Part shown: piece by piece, positions 50,701 through 63,321 of the stretch
Layout: each line of letters opens with the position of its first letter
How positions within the stretch are numbered: the first letter of the stretch is position 1
From: Escherichia coli
GTDB taxonomy: Bacteria; Pseudomonadota; Gammaproteobacteria; Enterobacterales; Enterobacteriaceae
Assembly: GCF_029227855.1 (NCBI RefSeq)
Contig: NZ_CP074356.1
Length of the DNA stretch: 64,000 bases
Direction: 5' to 3' (one strand)
Notes under the pieces: generated by a model
Databases searched by the model: none
The model's input: only the letters and a program-made list of their open reading frames with translations
Told to the model about the DNA's origin: nothing
Position numbers and translations under genes: made by a program

Positions 50701-53310
50701 TTATGAGCCAGGATGTGTGCAAACTGCCGAAATAACAGTGACGGCTTGCTGTAAGCTTTGCTTCGGCAATACATAGTGCGCAATGCAGCGTGAGTTCGCG
50801 CCGTCTCCCCACTGAACCAGTAATTCACCAGACAATGGCGCACCACTTAAATAAACTTGCCCGTCATCACCCACCATACTGGTTATTCCGGTACTGTTTT
50901 CCCGTACCAGTGATCCAAACGGCACCGGTTTTCCGCCCTGGGTAACGGTAATGAGCGCCCGCACGCCTATGCGGGTATCAAAATTGGCACGAACCAACGC
51001 GCCTTGCGTCGGCACAACGCTGCTAATATTTTTTTCAACATCGATGGAATTCCCCATCGTATTGGTATCAAGCGCGATACGGTTATATCGATAAACCGTG
51101 GCATACGGCATTACCGCATAGCCGCGCCAGTCGGTTAAAATTCCAGTTTGATTTTCAATGCGTACACCGCCTGCGCCTGGCGCTTTAATCAAAACATTGG
51201 TATCCCCTAAAGGCTGGCTCAGCGTTATACCATTTTCATGCCCGACCACACCGCCAGACAGCTGCCAGTTAACGTCATGTTGATCGCGGTCGTAGTTATA
51301 CCCGACCCCCAGCGTACCGTAAGCGGCCTGCCAGTTTGCCGTGGCGCTGCCCGTATACCCATTATTCGAGGTATCGCCCTGGCTTACGTGATAACTCAGG
51401 TTGTGGCCTTCCAGTAAGGTCCCACCAACGCCTGCCAGCCAGCTATTTTGCCCGTTGCTGTTACGGTTGGCGTTAAAAGAGGCATAAGCGCGGTCGAGCG
51501 CATTTTCCCGGGTGTAGCGACGTTTGGTCAGAACATTGAAAGGCACTGAAACATTAAGTCCGACAATACGTTCGTTATCGGGGATCCCTACAGATTCATT
51601 CCACGAAAATGAGAGTGAATAACTGATGCCAACCCAGCTGCTGGTATACCCCACCTGATACCAGGTATCTGAATCCGAAGTATTCCAGTATTTTTGATGG
51701 GTACCAGAGATATAAAGCGAGCCAAAGTCATTAAGTGATTGTGAAATATTTAACTGCAAACGGTCTTTACGGCTAAAGCGTAAATTGTGGTAATTCACGA
51801 TTATCGGTTCATCGCGATGCTCACCGTCATAATCGTAATCATATTCGTACCCCTCCATTCGACGATACGCAACATCATCAAGGGTATAAAAACCTTGTGT
51901 CGAATAGCGGTAACCCATTAACTGAAAATTGGTGCCGAAAGTGTTCATTGATTTCGCATAGAGGAAGCGAATGGAATCCCCCTCATGACGACTGTCGTCG
52001 GCTAACTGACTGCGCGCATGCGTTACATCCAGCGACACTGCGCCCCAGTTCCCGAGATTGCGCCCCAGCCCTAATAAAAAGGCGGTGTAATTTGCAGATA
52101 ATTGCGTCCCGCCGTAGGCAGTAAATTCCTGTGGTAAACCGCCGAGTGCCGTGCCCTGAAAAAAGAAAGGCGACGATTGCTGACTATTACCGCTACGAAA
52201 ATCACCCGCCGTCAGGTCAAATTTGAAACGCCCTTCGCGTTGTAAAATTGGCACTGTTGAATACGGAATCGTGTAATTCTGCTGATTACCATCGCGCTCG
52301 TCGATGGTGACGTCCAGATCGCCATTTGAAGATGTCGGGTGCAAATCTGTAATTTCAAAAGCGCCGGGGGAAACATAGCTTTGATAGATAATAAAACCAT
52401 TTTGCCGAATCGTTAGCTGGGCCGCCGTACGGGCAATCCCACGTACCGTTGGGGCAAACCCTTGCTGGCTATCAGGATACATATTATCGGAAGAGTAAAG
52501 CCGTACACCACGAAATCCAACGCCATCGAAAATATCACTTCCTGTATTGCCGTCTCCCATTACCAGTTCACTTTTCAGCGGAATAATGGCGCGCTGTACC
52601 CAGGTGCCAATATTATTCCACTGTTCTGAATGATATCCATTTCCGCGAAAATAGTTCCAGGAACCATTGTTGCGTAAACGCCACGGGCCAATATTAATCC
52701 CGCTGAGTTCACTAAAAAAATAGCTATCGTTACCATTACCTCTGTTACCGGTGAAATTATAATTCAGGAGTAAAGCAGGAATACCTTCATCCCACTCTTC
52801 AGGCGGAATGTAACCGTGAGCGCTACTCAACAACGCTATCTGAGGAATAGTGATGTTCAGGCGCATCGCTGCAAAATCAAAGTTAATTGTGGCATCAGGT
52901 ACAGCTTTCAGTAAATTAATGCATTTATTATTTTGCTGCTGGGCTAACTCGGGGAATGCACTGCTATTAAGGCCAATTCGTTCAAGGAGTGCCTGATTAA
53001 AACAAGGCATTAACCCACCTGATTTATCACCTGTATTTACTGTCGTCGATTCAAATACGATATCCTGTGAACCAATGAACTCATCATTACGCCAGAGATC
53101 CACCCGATACACACCCGCAGGTTGATGATTACCTCTCTCAAAGCGCGATAAATCAGCAACGGATGTGCCATTCTCTAATAAAAATGCCGGGTTGAAATAA
53201 CTTTCCGCATAGCTTAAAAAGGAGGGTAAAATGGCAAGAGATGAATAACAAATTCCGGCCAGACACCAGGTATACCTCTGCGGAATATCCGTAGTAGTGG
53301 GTATTTTCAT
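50701..53310 (-). CDS. sfmD: Fimbrial outer-membrane usher SfmD
   Basis: 869-aa usher-family ORF. Confidence 0.92.
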   Translation of the reverse strand: MKIPTTTDIPQRYTWCLAGICYSSLAILPSFLSYAESYFNPAFLLENGTSVADLSRFERGNHQPAGVYRVDLWRNDEFIGSQDIVFESTTVNTGDKSGGLMPCFNQALLERIGLNSSAFPELAQQQNNKCINLLKAVPDATINFDFAAMRLNITIPQIALLSSAHGYIPPEEWDEGIPALLLNYNFTGNRGNGNDSYFFSELSGINIGPWRLRNNGSWNYFRGNGYHSEQWNNIGTWVQRAIIPLKSELVMGDGNTGSDIFDGVGFRGVRLYSSDNMYPDSQQGFAPTVRGIARTAAQLTIRQNGFIIYQSYVSPGAFEITDLHPTSSNGDLDVTIDERDGNQQNYTIPYSTVPILQREGRFKFDLTAGDFRSGNSQQSSPFFFQGTALGGLPQEFTAYGGTQLSANYTAFLLGLGRNLGNWGAVSLDVTHARSQLADDSRHEGDSIRFLYAKSMNTFGTNFQLMGYRYSTQGFYTLDDVAYRRMEGYEYDYDYDGEHRDEPIIVNYHNLRFSRKDRLQLNISQSLNDFGSLYISGTHQKYWNTSDSDTWYQVGYTSSWVGISYSLSFSWNESVGIPDNERIVGLNVSVPFNVLTKRRYTRENALDRAYASFNANRNSNGQNSWLAGVGGTLLEGHNLSYHVSQGDTSNNGYTGSATANWQAAYGTLGVGYNYDRDQHDVNWQLSGGVVGHENGITLSQPLGDTNVLIKAPGAGGVRIENQTGILTDWRGYAVMPYATVYRYNRIALDTNTMGNSIDVEKNISSVVPTQGALVRANFDTRIGVRALITVTQGGKPVPFGSLVRENSTGITSMVGDDGQVYLSGAPLSGELLVQWGDGANSRCIAHYVLPKQSLQQAVTVISAVCTHPGS

Positions 53311-53340
53311 AATTAGCTCTGATATTGTCAGATGATTCGG

Positions 53341-54033
53341 TTAGTTTAAGTTCACTTCTCTGACCGGGGTTACTGAACCATAATCATTAACGGTCTGAAA
53401 TTTCAGCTTTCCCTGCACTCCTGAGGGTAAGGGAATTTGTGAATTAACTCTGGGTGCAGCCATAGCATTCCCCAGTTTTTGGCTGCCCACTTGCAAGTTA
53501 ACCAGGGTGACATAAAAAGGTGATGGATTATGAACATTGATATAGTTACCGGATCGCGAAAACTTGAGTGTGTCCGGCGCTTCTGCGGGTAATTCTTGTA
53601 ATTGAATTGGACGGAGAAATAATTTCATGCGCGATAAAATCGCCAGTTGCAAAACATTCCTGCCGTTCAATGCATTTTTATCTACCGAAGGGATCGTCTT
53701 AACATTCATCCAGAACAAAGACTCACGATCTGCCGCCAGCGGTGGACCGGTGTAAATAATACGCAAAGTATTTTCGCTTTTGGGTTCACTAACAAACAGT
53801 GGCGGTGTAATGATGAATGACTTTTCTTTTACACCGCTGCTGTTTTCAATCCACGAATTGACCAGAAAGCGCTCATTGGTATGGCTATTTCTAATCCATA
53901 CCGCAGTCTGTTTAGCATCAGCGGGATAAATAATACGCGTGGCACCTAATGCGATCCCTCCGGCAGCATGGGCGCTGGCCGAAATGATTAAATAAAATAT
54001 AATGAGCATCAATAACTTTATTTTAGTCATCAT
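53341..54033 (-). CDS. sfmC: Fimbrial periplasmic chaperone SfmC
   Basis: 230-aa PapD-like chaperone [23 protein letters not shown]... Confidence 0.92.
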   Translation of the reverse strand: MMTKIKLLMLIIFYLIISASAHAAGGIALGATRIIYPADAKQTAVWIRNSHTNERFLVNSWIENSSGVKEKSFIITPPLFVSEPKSENTLRIIYTGPPLAADRESLFWMNVKTIPSVDKNALNGRNVLQLAILSRMKLFLRPIQLQELPAEAPDTLKFSRSGNYINVHNPSPFYVTLVNLQVGSQKLGNAMAAPRVNSQIPLPSGVQGKLKFQTVNDYGSVTPVREVNLN

Positions 54034-54252
54034 AGTTAATACGCCTTGTGTATTCCTGACGGCAAAAATAAGGAGTATAAAGAAATGATTGCTTTGGTTT
54101 CTTACAACACATCATTCCCTTTTCATTTAATAAAGCGGCATGATACAAAGTGAGCGTGATTTCGATTTACATTGCCACCATACCGCTTCAGACAACCGGT
54201 ACATTACTTTGTTATAAGACGTGATATATAATTCAAAACAACGTGGTTTTGA

Positions 54253-54795
54253 TTATTCGTATCTCATAATAAAAGTCGCGTCAGCATTTGCTTGCCCTGC
54301 TGATGCACTTGTACCGGTGCCTTTATAACGTGCAGAAAAATGAAGAACGTTGGTCCCGGGGATCAAGTTCTGGTTGGTTGAGAAGCTATTCCCATCAGGT
54401 TTGAGAATTGCGGATGTATTATCAAGTATTTCAATACCGACACCCGTTGCTGTTGTTGTATTAGTACTGGATGCAATGGCCAATAAATTATCATTGATTG
54501 CATCCGCCTGACCAGAAAATGCAACGGCAGCATTAGCGGCAACGACAGGATCGCAGTCGTTCAACTGTATAGTGAATGGAATTAATGCAGAGGTATTACC
54601 AACAGCATTGAAAATATCGGTACGATATTGACCGAGTGTGACAACCTGGTCTGCCGAGTCAGTATTCACTGAACAGGCAGCATTCACCAGTTCGCCTTCA
54701 AAGTGAATTGTACCGCCATCTACAACGGCAGCATAACTACCCGTAGCGGCGAATAGTGCGGCGGCCAGCGCAGACGAAATAAATCTTAATTTCAT
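54253..54795 (-). CDS. sfmA: Type 1-like fimbrial major subunit SfmA
   Basis: 180-aa product [22 protein letters not shown]...; the ORF-track start at 54828 is an upstream extension. Confidence 0.9.
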   Translation of the reverse strand: MKLRFISSALAAALFAATGSYAAVVDGGTIHFEGELVNAACSVNTDSADQVVTLGQYRTDIFNAVGNTSALIPFTIQLNDCDPVVAANAAVAFSGQADAINDNLLAIASSTNTTTATGVGIEILDNTSAILKPDGNSFSTNQNLIPGTNVLHFSARYKGTGTSASAGQANADATFIMRYE

Positions 54796-55265
54796 ATATA
54801 TTCCTTCAATCTCATTTATCGACTCCACATCCGTATATAACCGATTACTTTATTTAAGACACTGATAGTAGTAAATTCCTTTTTATCCTCTAAGAATGTC
54901 TTAATTGAAAATATGCACTCTATTCTAAAAAATAGAGAGCCCCGTTAGATGAATACTTCCGCGCAAAATATATTCAACACAAATATAGACCTGAAGCGGT
55001 AAATTACCAGGCTGAAAATTCTTTTTATATTGTCAGGTATTTCTTAAATTATCTTAATCCTTTGACAAGGAAATAAGTCAGTTCCAGATTTACAACGCCA
55101 TCATGGACGAAAAATGAAGCTTTCAATCTCAGCGACAGTGCGCCTCACCTTCGCACGAGGTCGCTTCACGCGATAAATCTGAAACGAAACCTGACAGCGC
55201 GCCCCGCTTCTGACAAAATAGGCGCATCCCCTTCGACCTACGTAACAGATGGAATCCTCTCTCTG

Positions 55266-56132
55266 ATGGCAGCAAAGATTATTGACGGTAAAACGATTGC
55301 GCAGCAGGTGCGCTCTGAAGTTGCTCAAAAAGTTCAGGCGCGTATTGCAGCCGGACTGCGGGCACCAGGACTGGCCGTTGTGCTGGTGGGTAGTAACCCT
55401 GCATCGCAAATTTATGTCGCAAGCAAACGCAAGGCTTGTGAAGAAGTCGGGTTCGTCTCCCGCTCTTACGACCTCCCGGAAACCACCAGCGAAGCGGAGC
55501 TGCTGGAGCTTATCGATACGCTGAATGCCGACAACACCATCGATGGCATTCTGGTTCAACTGCCGTTACCGGCGGGTATTGATAACGTCAAAGTGCTGGA
55601 ACGTATACACCCGGACAAAGACGTAGACGGTTTCCATCCTTATAACGTCGGTCGCCTGTGCCAGCGCGCGCCGCGTCTGCGTCCCTGCACCCCGCGCGGT
55701 ATTGTCACGCTGCTTGAGCGTTACAACATTGATACCTTCGGCCTCAACGCCGTGGTGATTGGCGCATCGAATATCGTTGGCCGCCCGATGAGCATGGAAC
55801 TGCTACTGGCAGGTTGCACCACCACCGTGACTCACCGTTTCACTAAAAATCTGCGTCACCACGTAGAAAATGCCGATCTATTGATCGTTGCCGTCGGTAA
55901 GCCAGGCTTTATTCCCGGTGACTGGATCAAAGAAGGCGCAATTGTGATTGATGTCGGCATCAACCGTCTGGAAAATGGCAAAGTTGTGGGCGACGTCGTG
56001 TTTGAAGACGCGGCTAAACGCGCCTCATACATTACGCCTGTTCCCGGCGGCGTTGGCCCGATGACGGTTGCCACGCTGATTGAAAACACGCTACAGGCGT
56101 GCGTTGAATATCATGATCCACAGGGTGAGTAA
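55266..56132 (+). CDS. folD: Bifunctional methylenetetrahydrofolate dehydrogenase/cyclohydrolase FolD
   Basis: 288-aa [26 protein letters not shown]... Confidence 0.96.
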   Translation: MAAKIIDGKTIAQQVRSEVAQKVQARIAAGLRAPGLAVVLVGSNPASQIYVASKRKACEEVGFVSRSYDLPETTSEAELLELIDTLNADNTIDGILVQLPLPAGIDNVKVLERIHPDKDVDGFHPYNVGRLCQRAPRLRPCTPRGIVTLLERYNIDTFGLNAVVIGASNIVGRPMSMELLLAGCTTTVTHRFTKNLRHHVENADLLIVAVGKPGFIPGDWIKEGAIVIDVGINRLENGKVVGDVVFEDAAKRASYITPVPGGVGPMTVATLIENTLQACVEYHDPQGE

Positions 56133-56133
56133 C

Positions 56134-56346
56134 ATGGCGACATTTTCTTTAGGTAAACATCCGCACGTTGAGCTGTGCGACTTGCTGAAACTGGAAGGCT
56201 GGAGCGAAAGCGGCGCGCAGGCGAAAATCGCGATTGCCGAAGGCCAGGTGAAAGTCGACGGTGCGGTTGAAACGCGCAAACGCTGCAAAATCGTCGCCGG
56301 GCAGACAGTGAGTTTTGCAGGTCACAGCGTACAGGTTGTTGCCTGA
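56134..56346 (+). CDS. ybcJ: S4-domain RNA-binding protein YbcJ
   Basis: 70-aa product MATFSLGKHPHVELCDLLKLEGW...; ATG 2 bp after the folD stop. Confidence 0.88.
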   Translation: MATFSLGKHPHVELCDLLKLEGWSESGAQAKIAIAEGQVKVDGAVETRKRCKIVAGQTVSFAGHSVQVVA

Positions 56347-56453
56347 TCCCTTTCCCGGCCTGTAACAACAGGCCGGTTCTCTTTTCAGACTTTTGCCCTC
56401 TACGCCCCATTCATCCATGCTGATAGCATCGACATTTTGCCGAAGCGATCATC

Positions 56454-56975
56454 ATGCCAACCGTTATTACGCACGCCGCCGTTCCCCTTTGCATTGGTTT
56501 AGGGTTGGGTTCGAAAGTCATCCCTCCGCGTCTTTTATTTGCCGGAATCGTCCTGGCGATGCTGCCTGATGCCGACGTATTGTCGTTTAAATTTGGCGTT
56601 GCTTACGGCAATGTTTTTGGTCATCGCGGGTTTACCCATTCGCTGGTGTTTGCGTTTGTTGTCCCGCTGTTATGTGTGCTGATTGGACGTCGATGGTTCA
56701 GGGCTGGGCTGATTCGCTGCTGGCTGTTTTTAACCGTCTCGTTGTTATCGCACAGCTTGCTGGATTCGGTAACCACTGGCGGTAAGGGCGTTGGCTGGCT
56801 GTGGCCGTGGTCAGATGAACGCTTTTTCGCTCCCTGGCAGGTGATTAAAGTCGCGCCGTTTGCATTGTCTCGTTACACCACGCCGTACGGACATCAGGTG
56901 ATTATTTCTGAATTGATGTGGGTGTGGTTGCCGGGGATGCTACTGATGGGAATGTTGTGGTGGTGCAGGCGATAA
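56454..56975 (+). CDS. ybcI: Inner membrane protein YbcI (DUF457)
   Basis: 173-aa hydrophobic ORF MPTVITHAAVPLCIGLGLGS... Confidence 0.88.
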   Translation: MPTVITHAAVPLCIGLGLGSKVIPPRLLFAGIVLAMLPDADVLSFKFGVAYGNVFGHRGFTHSLVFAFVVPLLCVLIGRRWFRAGLIRCWLFLTVSLLSHSLLDSVTTGGKGVGWLWPWSDERFFAPWQVIKVAPFALSRYTTPYGHQVIISELMWVWLPGMLLMGMLWWCRR

Positions 56976-57010
56976 CCGGATGCGAAAACTCGCATCCGGC
57001 AATAGCGCAA

Positions 57011-58396
57011 TTACTTACGACGCCAGGTGGTCCCTTGCGGGCCATCTTCCAGCACGATCCCCATCTCGTTAAGACGGTCACGCGCCGCATCTGCCGCCGC
57101 CCAGTCTTTCGCTTTACGGGCATCCAGACGCTGTTGAATTAACGCTTCAATCTCAGCCACTTCACTGTCGTCTGCCTGCGCGCCGCTTTGCAGGAACGCT
57201 TCCGGTTCTTGCTCCAGCAGGCCCAATACAGCGGAAAGTTTACGCAGATGAGACGCCATTGCATTCGCCGCTGCCATATCTTCTGCTTTCAGACGGTTCA
57301 CTTCACGGGCCATATCAAACAGCACGGAATAGGCTTCCGGGGTGTTGAAATCGTCGTCCATCGCTTCAATAAAGCGCGCTTCAAACGCTTCCCCACCGGC
57401 AGGCGCAACGGTTTTATCTGTGCCGCGCAGCGCAGTGTAGAGACGCTCCAGCGCCGCACGCGCCTGCTTCAGGTTCTCTTCGCTGTAGTTCAACTGGCTG
57501 CGATAGTGCCCCGACATCAGGAAGTAACGCACGGTTTCGGCATCGTAGTATTTCAGCACATCGCGCACGGTGAAGAAGTTACCCAGCGATTTGGACATCT
57601 TCTCGCGGTCAACCATTACCATCCCGGAGTGCATCCAGTAGTTCACATACTGACCATCATGCGCACAGGTGGACTGAGCGATTTCGTTTTCGTGGTGCGG
57701 GAACATCAGGTCTGAACCGCCGCCGTGAATATCAAAGTGGTTACCCAGCTGCTTGCAGTTCATTGCCGAACATTCAATGTGCCAGCCTGGACGGCCCGCG
57801 CCCCACGGCGACGGCCAGCTCGGTTCGCCCTCTTTCGACATCTTCCACAGAACGAAATCCATCGGGTTGCGTTTGTCGTCGACCACGTCAACGCGCGCGC
57901 CTGCCTGCAGCTGGTCGAGATCCTGACGCGACAGCACGCCATATGTCGGATCGGTCGGTACGTCAAACATCACGTCGCCGTTGTCCGCCACATAAGCGTG
58001 ACCTTTGGCGATCAGTTGTTCAGTGAGTTCAATAATTTCTGCGATATGGTGCGTCGCGCGCGGCTCCATATCCGGGCGCAGAATGTTCAAAGCATCAAAA
58101 TCTTTGTGCATTTCGGCGATCATGCGATCCACCAGCGCCACAAAGCTTTCGCCATTTTCATTGGCGCGTTTGATGATTTTGTCATCGATATCAGTAATGT
58201 TGCGCACATACTTCAGCTTATAGCCGAGGAAACGCAGATAGCGCGCAACCACGTCAAAGGCAACAAAGGTACGCCCGTGACCGATATGACAGAGATCGTA
58301 AACGGTGATTCCACACACGTACATGCCGACTTCCCCGGCGTGAATAGGCTTAAATTCCTCTTTTTGGCGTGTCAGAGTATTGAAGATTTTTAGCAT
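57011..58396 (-). CDS. cysS: Cysteine--tRNA ligase CysS
   Basis: 461-aa [46 protein letters not shown]... with HIGH and KMSKS motifs. Confidence 0.97.
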
Positions 58397-58569
58397 CGAA
58401 GATTCCGTTTAGACATGTGTGGGTAATTGAGTTGCGTATAATACCCATATTTCCCGCGCGAATCAGCATACATTGCGTGATGATCCGATCGTGCGGTTAT
58501 GCTATAACACCACCCTATATATGACCCGAACCGGGTTGAAGCACCAATCAAACGGAACAGGATGCAAAA

Positions 58570-59064
58570 ATGGTTACTTTCCACACCAATCACGGCGATA
58601 TTGTCATCAAAACTTTTGACGATAAAGCACCTGAAACAGTTAAAAACTTCCTGGACTACTGCCGCGAAGGTTTTTACAACAACACCATTTTCCACCGTGT
58701 AATCAACGGCTTTATGATTCAGGGCGGCGGTTTTGAGCCGGGCATGAAGCAAAAAACCACCAAAGACCCGATCAAAAACGAAGCCAACAACGGTCTGAAA
58801 AATACCCGTGGTACGCTGGCAATGGCCCGTACTCAGGCACCGCACTCTGCAACTGCACAGTTCTTCATCAACGTGGTTGATAACGACTTCCTGAACTTCT
58901 CTGGCGAAAGCCTGCAAGGTTGGGGTTACTGCGTGTTTGCTGAAGTGGTTGAAGGCATGGACGTGGTAGACAAAATCAAAGGTGTGGCAACCGGTCGTAG
59001 CGGTATGCACCAGGACGTGCCAAAAGAAGACGTTATCATTGAAAGCGTGACCGTTAGCGAGTAA
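58570..59064 (+). CDS. ppiB: Peptidyl-prolyl cis-trans isomerase B (cyclophilin) PpiB
   Basis: 164-aa [30 protein letters not shown]... Confidence 0.96.
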   Translation: MVTFHTNHGDIVIKTFDDKAPETVKNFLDYCREGFYNNTIFHRVINGFMIQGGGFEPGMKQKTTKDPIKNEANNGLKNTRGTLAMARTQAPHSATAQFFINVVDNDFLNFSGESLQGWGYCVFAEVVEGMDVVDKIKGVATGRSGMHQDVPKEDVIIESVTVSE

Positions 59065-59066
59065 TC

Positions 59067-59789
59067 GTGGCGACACTCTTTATTGCAGATCTTCATCTCT
59101 GCGCGGAAGAACCGGCGATCACCGCCGGTTTTCTGCGTTTTTTAGCGGGGGAAGCCCGCAAGGCCGACGCGCTGTATATTCTTGGCGATCTGTTTGAAGC
59201 GTGGATTGGCGACGACGATCCCAACCCACTCCATCGCCAGATGGCGGCAGCGATCAAAGCGGTGTCCGATTCCGGTGTTCCCTGTTATTTCATTCATGGC
59301 AACCGTGATTTTCTGCTCGGCAAACGCTTTGCCCGTGAAAGCGGCATGACGTTATTGCCGGAAGAAAAGGTGCTCGAACTGTATGGTCGCCGGGTATTGA
59401 TTATGCATGGCGACACGCTGTGCACCGATGACGCCGGTTATCAGGCTTTTCGCGCCAAAGTCCACAAACCCTGGCTGCAAACGCTATTCCTCGCCCTGCC
59501 GTTGTTTGTGCGCAAACGCATTGCCGCGCGAATGCGAGCGAACAGCAAAGAAGCCAACAGCAGTAAATCGCTGGCGATCATGGACGTTAACCAAAACGCG
59601 GTGGTCAGTGCGATGGAAAAACATCAGGTGCAATGGCTGATTCACGGGCATACCCATCGCCCGGCAGTACATGAACTTATCGCCAATCAGCAACCTGCTT
59701 TCCGCGTCGTGCTGGGTGCCTGGCATACTGAAGGTTCAATGGTGAAAGTCACGGCAGATGACGTTGAGCTGATTCATTTTCCGTTTTAA
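59067..59789 (+). CDS. lpxH: UDP-2,3-diacylglucosamine pyrophosphatase LpxH
   Basis: 240-aa calcineurin-like phosphoesterase [22 protein letters not shown]... Confidence 0.95.
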   Translation: MATLFIADLHLCAEEPAITAGFLRFLAGEARKADALYILGDLFEAWIGDDDPNPLHRQMAAAIKAVSDSGVPCYFIHGNRDFLLGKRFARESGMTLLPEEKVLELYGRRVLIMHGDTLCTDDAGYQAFRAKVHKPWLQTLFLALPLFVRKRIAARMRANSKEANSSKSLAIMDVNQNAVVSAMEKHQVQWLIHGHTHRPAVHELIANQQPAFRVVLGAWHTEGSMVKVTADDVELIHFPF

Positions 59790-59905
59790 ATACCCGCAAC
59801 TTTGCTGATTTCACAGCCACGCAACCGTTTTCCTTGCTCTCTTTCCGTGCTATTCTCTGTGCCCTCTAAAGCCGAGAGTTGTGCACCACAGGAGTTTTAA
59901 GACGC

Positions 59906-60415
59906 ATGTCTTCCCGCAATAATCCGGCGCGTGTCGCCATCGTGATGGGGTCCAAAAGCGACTGGGCTACCATGCAGTTCGCCGCCGAAATCTTCGAAAT
60001 CCTGAATGTCCCACACCACGTTGAAGTGGTTTCTGCTCACCGCACCCCCGATAAACTGTTCAGCTTCGCCGAAAGTGCCGAAGAGAACGGTTATCAGGTG
60101 ATTATTGCGGGCGCAGGCGGCGCAGCGCACCTGCCAGGCATGATTGCCGCCAAAACGCTGGTGCCAGTGCTGGGCGTGCCAGTACAGAGCGCCGCACTGA
60201 GCGGTGTCGATAGCCTCTACTCCATCGTACAAATGCCGCGCGGCATTCCGGTGGGTACACTGGCGATTGGTAAAGCTGGCGCGGCAAACGCGGCGTTACT
60301 GGCAGCACAAATTCTTGCAACTCATGATAAAGAGCTACACCAGCGTCTGAATGACTGGCGCAAAGCCCAAACTGACGAAGTGCTGGAAAACCCGGACCCG
60401 CGAGGTGCGGCATGA
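59906..60415 (+). CDS. purE: N5-carboxyaminoimidazole ribonucleotide mutase PurE
   Basis: 169-aa product [24 protein letters not shown]...; the ORF-track start at 59879 is an upstream extension. Confidence 0.96.
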   Translation: MSSRNNPARVAIVMGSKSDWATMQFAAEIFEILNVPHHVEVVSAHRTPDKLFSFAESAEENGYQVIIAGAGGAAHLPGMIAAKTLVPVLGVPVQSAALSGVDSLYSIVQMPRGIPVGTLAIGKAGAANAALLAAQILATHDKELHQRLNDWRKAQTDEVLENPDPRGAA

Positions 60416-61479
60416 AACAGGTTTGCGTCCTCGGTAACGGGCAGTTAGGCCGTATGCTGCGTCAGGCAGGCGAACCGTTAGGCATTGCTGTCTGGCCAGT
60501 CGGGCTGGACGCTGAACCGGCGGCGGTGCCTTTTCAACAAAGTGTGATTACCGCTGAGATCGAACGCTGGCCGGAAACCGCATTAACCCGCGAGCTGGCG
60601 CGCCATCCGGCCTTTGTGAACCGCGATGTATTCCCGATTATTGCTGACCGTCTGACTCAGAAGCAGCTTTTCGATAAGCTCCACCTGCCGACCGCACCGT
60701 GGCAGTTACTTGCCGATCGCAGCGAGTGGCCTGCGGTGTTTGATCGTTTAGGTGAGCTGGCGATTGTTAAGCGTCGCACTGGTGGCTATGACGGACGCGG
60801 TCAATGGCGTTTACGCGCCGATGAAACCGAACAGTTACCGGCTGAATCCTACGGCGAATGTATTGTCGAGCAGGGCATAAACTTCTCTGGTGAAGTGTCG
60901 CTGGTTGGTGCGCGCGGCTTTGATGGCAGCACCGTATTTTATCCGCTGACGCATAACCTGCATCAGGACGGTATTTTACGCACCAGCGTCGCTTTCCCGC
61001 AGGCCAACGCGCAGCAACAGGCACAAGCTGAAGAGATGTTGTCGGCGATTATGCAGGAGCTGGGCTATGTGGGCGTGATGGCGATGGAGTGTTTTGTCAC
61101 CCCGCAAGGTCTGCTGATCAACGAACTGGCTCCGCGTGTGCATAACAGCGGTCACTGGACACAAAACGGTGCCAGCATCAGCCAGTTTGAGCTGCATCTG
61201 CGGGCGATTACCGATCTGCCGTTACCGCAACCGGTAGTGAATAGCCCGTCGGTGATGATCAACCTGATTGGTAGCGATGTGAATTATGACTGGCTGAAAC
61301 TGCCGCTAGTGCATCTGCACTGGTACGACAAAGAAGTCCGTCCGGGGCGTAAAGTGGGGCATCTGAATTTGACCGACAGCGACACATCGCGTCTGACCGC
61401 GACGCTGGAAGCCTTAATCCCGCTGCTGCCGCCGGAGTATGCCAGTGGCGTGATTTGGGCGCAGAGTAAGTTCAGTTAA
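60412..61479 (+). CDS. purK: N5-carboxyaminoimidazole ribonucleotide synthase PurK
   Basis: 355-aa ATP-grasp ORF; start overlaps the purE stop (ATGA). Confidence 0.96.
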   Translation: MKQVCVLGNGQLGRMLRQAGEPLGIAVWPVGLDAEPAAVPFQQSVITAEIERWPETALTRELARHPAFVNRDVFPIIADRLTQKQLFDKLHLPTAPWQLLADRSEWPAVFDRLGELAIVKRRTGGYDGRGQWRLRADETEQLPAESYGECIVEQGINFSGEVSLVGARGFDGSTVFYPLTHNLHQDGILRTSVAFPQANAQQQAQAEEMLSAIMQELGYVGVMAMECFVTPQGLLINELAPRVHNSGHWTQNGASISQFELHLRAITDLPLPQPVVNSPSVMINLIGSDVNYDWLKLPLVHLHWYDKEVRPGRKVGHLNLTDSDTSRLTATLEALIPLLPPEYASGVIWAQSKFS

Positions 61480-61498
61480 CCTGGTGCACATATTCTTA

Positions 61499-61586
61499 CC
61501 GGATTCGGCGTGAACGCCTTATCCGGCTTAACGCTCCGGTACCCATTGTAGGCCTGATAAGACGCGTCAAGCGTCGCATCAGGCAC
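61499..61586. repeat. REP/BIME elements downstream of purK
   Basis: ggattcggcgtgaacgccttatccggc and gtaggcctgataagacgcgtcaagcgtcgcatcaggc REP palindromes. Confidence 0.8.
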
Positions 61587-61605
61587 AAATGTCTAATGCC
61601 TACGA

Positions 61606-62499
61606 CTACAGCGAAATACAGGTCCCCGCTTCGCCCGCCAGCGTCTCTTCAATCCGCGATAACGCCCCAATCCACGCAGGTTTGCCACGGCTTCTGACAT
61701 AGCCACTCACCGCCGTTACCTTCGGCCCCATCGAACCATCGGCTTTGGCAAATGGCGCTAACTCATCCGGTGTGGCACGGCGAATGGCGCGTTGCTGCGG
61801 CGTTCCCCAGTTTTCATAAACCGCGTCAGCATCGGTGAGGATCACCAGCCCATCGGCGTTAATCTGCTCAGCGAGCAACGCAGCGGCGAGATCTTTATCA
61901 ATCACTGCTTCACTCCCTGCTCCGTCATCCGTCACAGGCACACCGCCGCCGCCACTGCAAATCACCACATGCCCCTCTTTGAGCAACAACTCGATGGCTT
62001 CGCTGTCGAGAATTTTACGCGGTTGCGGAGACGCCACCACCCGGCGCAAATATTTACCATCACGTTTCATCTGCCAGCCGTAAGCCGCTTCCAGTGCCTC
62101 TTGTTCTTCTGGCTGATAAACCGGACCGATAAACTTCTCTGGCTGCAAAAACGCCGGATCATCAGGCGAAATCTCAATGCGCGTCAGCACCGTCGTCACG
62201 GGCGGCATCTGCGGCTGTGCGCTCAAGCTCTGCGCCAGCATATAGCCAATCATCCCCTGGCTTTCCGCCACCAGCACATCCAGCGGATACGGTTCTACCT
62301 CTTTCCACGCCAGATTCTGTAACGCCAGCAGCCCCACCTGCGGCCCGTTGCCGTGAACAATCGCCAGCCGATAAGAACGGGCCAGGCGCGCCAGCGCAGG
62401 TACAGCGCTGGCGATATTGCGATATTGATTTTCTGCCGTCAGCGCCTCACCGCGCTGAAGCAAGGCATTGCCCCCAAGAGCTACAACCAGTGTTTTCAT
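61606..62499 (-). CDS. ybcF: Carbamate kinase-like protein YbcF (ArcC paralogue)
   Basis: 297-aa [28 protein letters not shown]..., carbamate kinase fold signature. Confidence 0.9.
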   Translation of the reverse strand: MKTLVVALGGNALLQRGEALTAENQYRNIASAVPALARLARSYRLAIVHGNGPQVGLLALQNLAWKEVEPYPLDVLVAESQGMIGYMLAQSLSAQPQMPPVTTVLTRIEISPDDPAFLQPEKFIGPVYQPEEQEALEAAYGWQMKRDGKYLRRVVASPQPRKILDSEAIELLLKEGHVVICSGGGGVPVTDDGAGSEAVIDKDLAAALLAEQINADGLVILTDADAVYENWGTPQQRAIRRATPDELAPFAKADGSMGPKVTAVSGYVRSRGKPAWIGALSRIEETLAGEAGTCISL

Positions 62500-63311
62500 G
62501 GTTTTCCTTGTAATAATTGTTGACCAAGCCAGAACCCCAGCAGCGTATCGGCCCCTGACGTGTGCCCCAGCGCCAGCAGCGAATCAATCGCAACAGCGGT
62601 ACGTTTCGGGCAACTCAGAGCATGGACAAAGTGCAGGAGTGGCGAGGCGAAATATCCTTGCGCGGCATAACGTAAATAACTGACGCTCACCGCTGTGGTA
62701 ACGAGTTGAAGATTGTCGGAACAGACAAAAAATGGGCGACCGGAGCGCGCATCTAAAGCGCCATAATACCAGGCCGCCAGCAGCATTCCGCTCAGCGTGT
62801 CATCATGACTCGGCGTTAATCCCGGACCTTTGCCCAGCCAGTGCCGCCAGTCGGTCTTCACGCCATTGAGCGCGGCCTGAAAACAGTGGCGAAACTGGCG
62901 TAATTCAGCAGGAAGCGGATCGCCTGCCGCCAACGCCAGTGGCCCGAAAAGCCCGGTTTCCTCCGCGCGTTGCATCCATGCAGCTGCAAGCGGTTGAGGA
63001 TGCGCAGGCGGCGTAATACGCAGCAAACAATAACGCTGTGGCTGTTTAACCGTGAAACGTCCGAGGCGAATCCCTTGAGCCACTACCTTCGGTCGTTCAT
63101 TGCCGCATAATCCACCGCATAACGCATCGAATTGCGCGCGTCGAAGCACCCATCCTCCGGGGCCGAAACCACTACCCTGACGATGCAGCGTTAACAGTTC
63201 GCCGCTTTCCGTCATCAGGTTAATCGCCCGCCGCCACACGCCCGCTAACCGCCAGGACTGGCGATAATTCGGTGCGCTACGGCTGGCAAGCAGAGGATGG
63301 ATGATTGTCAT
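62496..63311 (-). CDS. ylbF: DUF2877-family protein YlbF
   Basis: 271-aa product [24 protein letters not shown]...; the ORF-track start at 63404 is an upstream extension; 4-bp overlap with the ybcF start. Confidence 0.85.
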   Translation of the reverse strand: MTIIHPLLASRSAPNYRQSWRLAGVWRRAINLMTESGELLTLHRQGSGFGPGGWVLRRAQFDALCGGLCGNERPKVVAQGIRLGRFTVKQPQRYCLLRITPPAHPQPLAAAWMQRAEETGLFGPLALAAGDPLPAELRQFRHCFQAALNGVKTDWRHWLGKGPGLTPSHDDTLSGMLLAAWYYGALDARSGRPFFVCSDNLQLVTTAVSVSYLRYAAQGYFASPLLHFVHALSCPKRTAVAIDSLLALGHTSGADTLLGFWLGQQLLQGKP

Positions 63312-63321
63312 TGCGTGTTCC

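Noticed and set aside
55101-55559. 152-aa minus-strand ORF overlapping the folD 5' region
   Set aside because: Cys/Arg-rich shadow frame overlapping the well-supported folD start; no ribosome-binding context.
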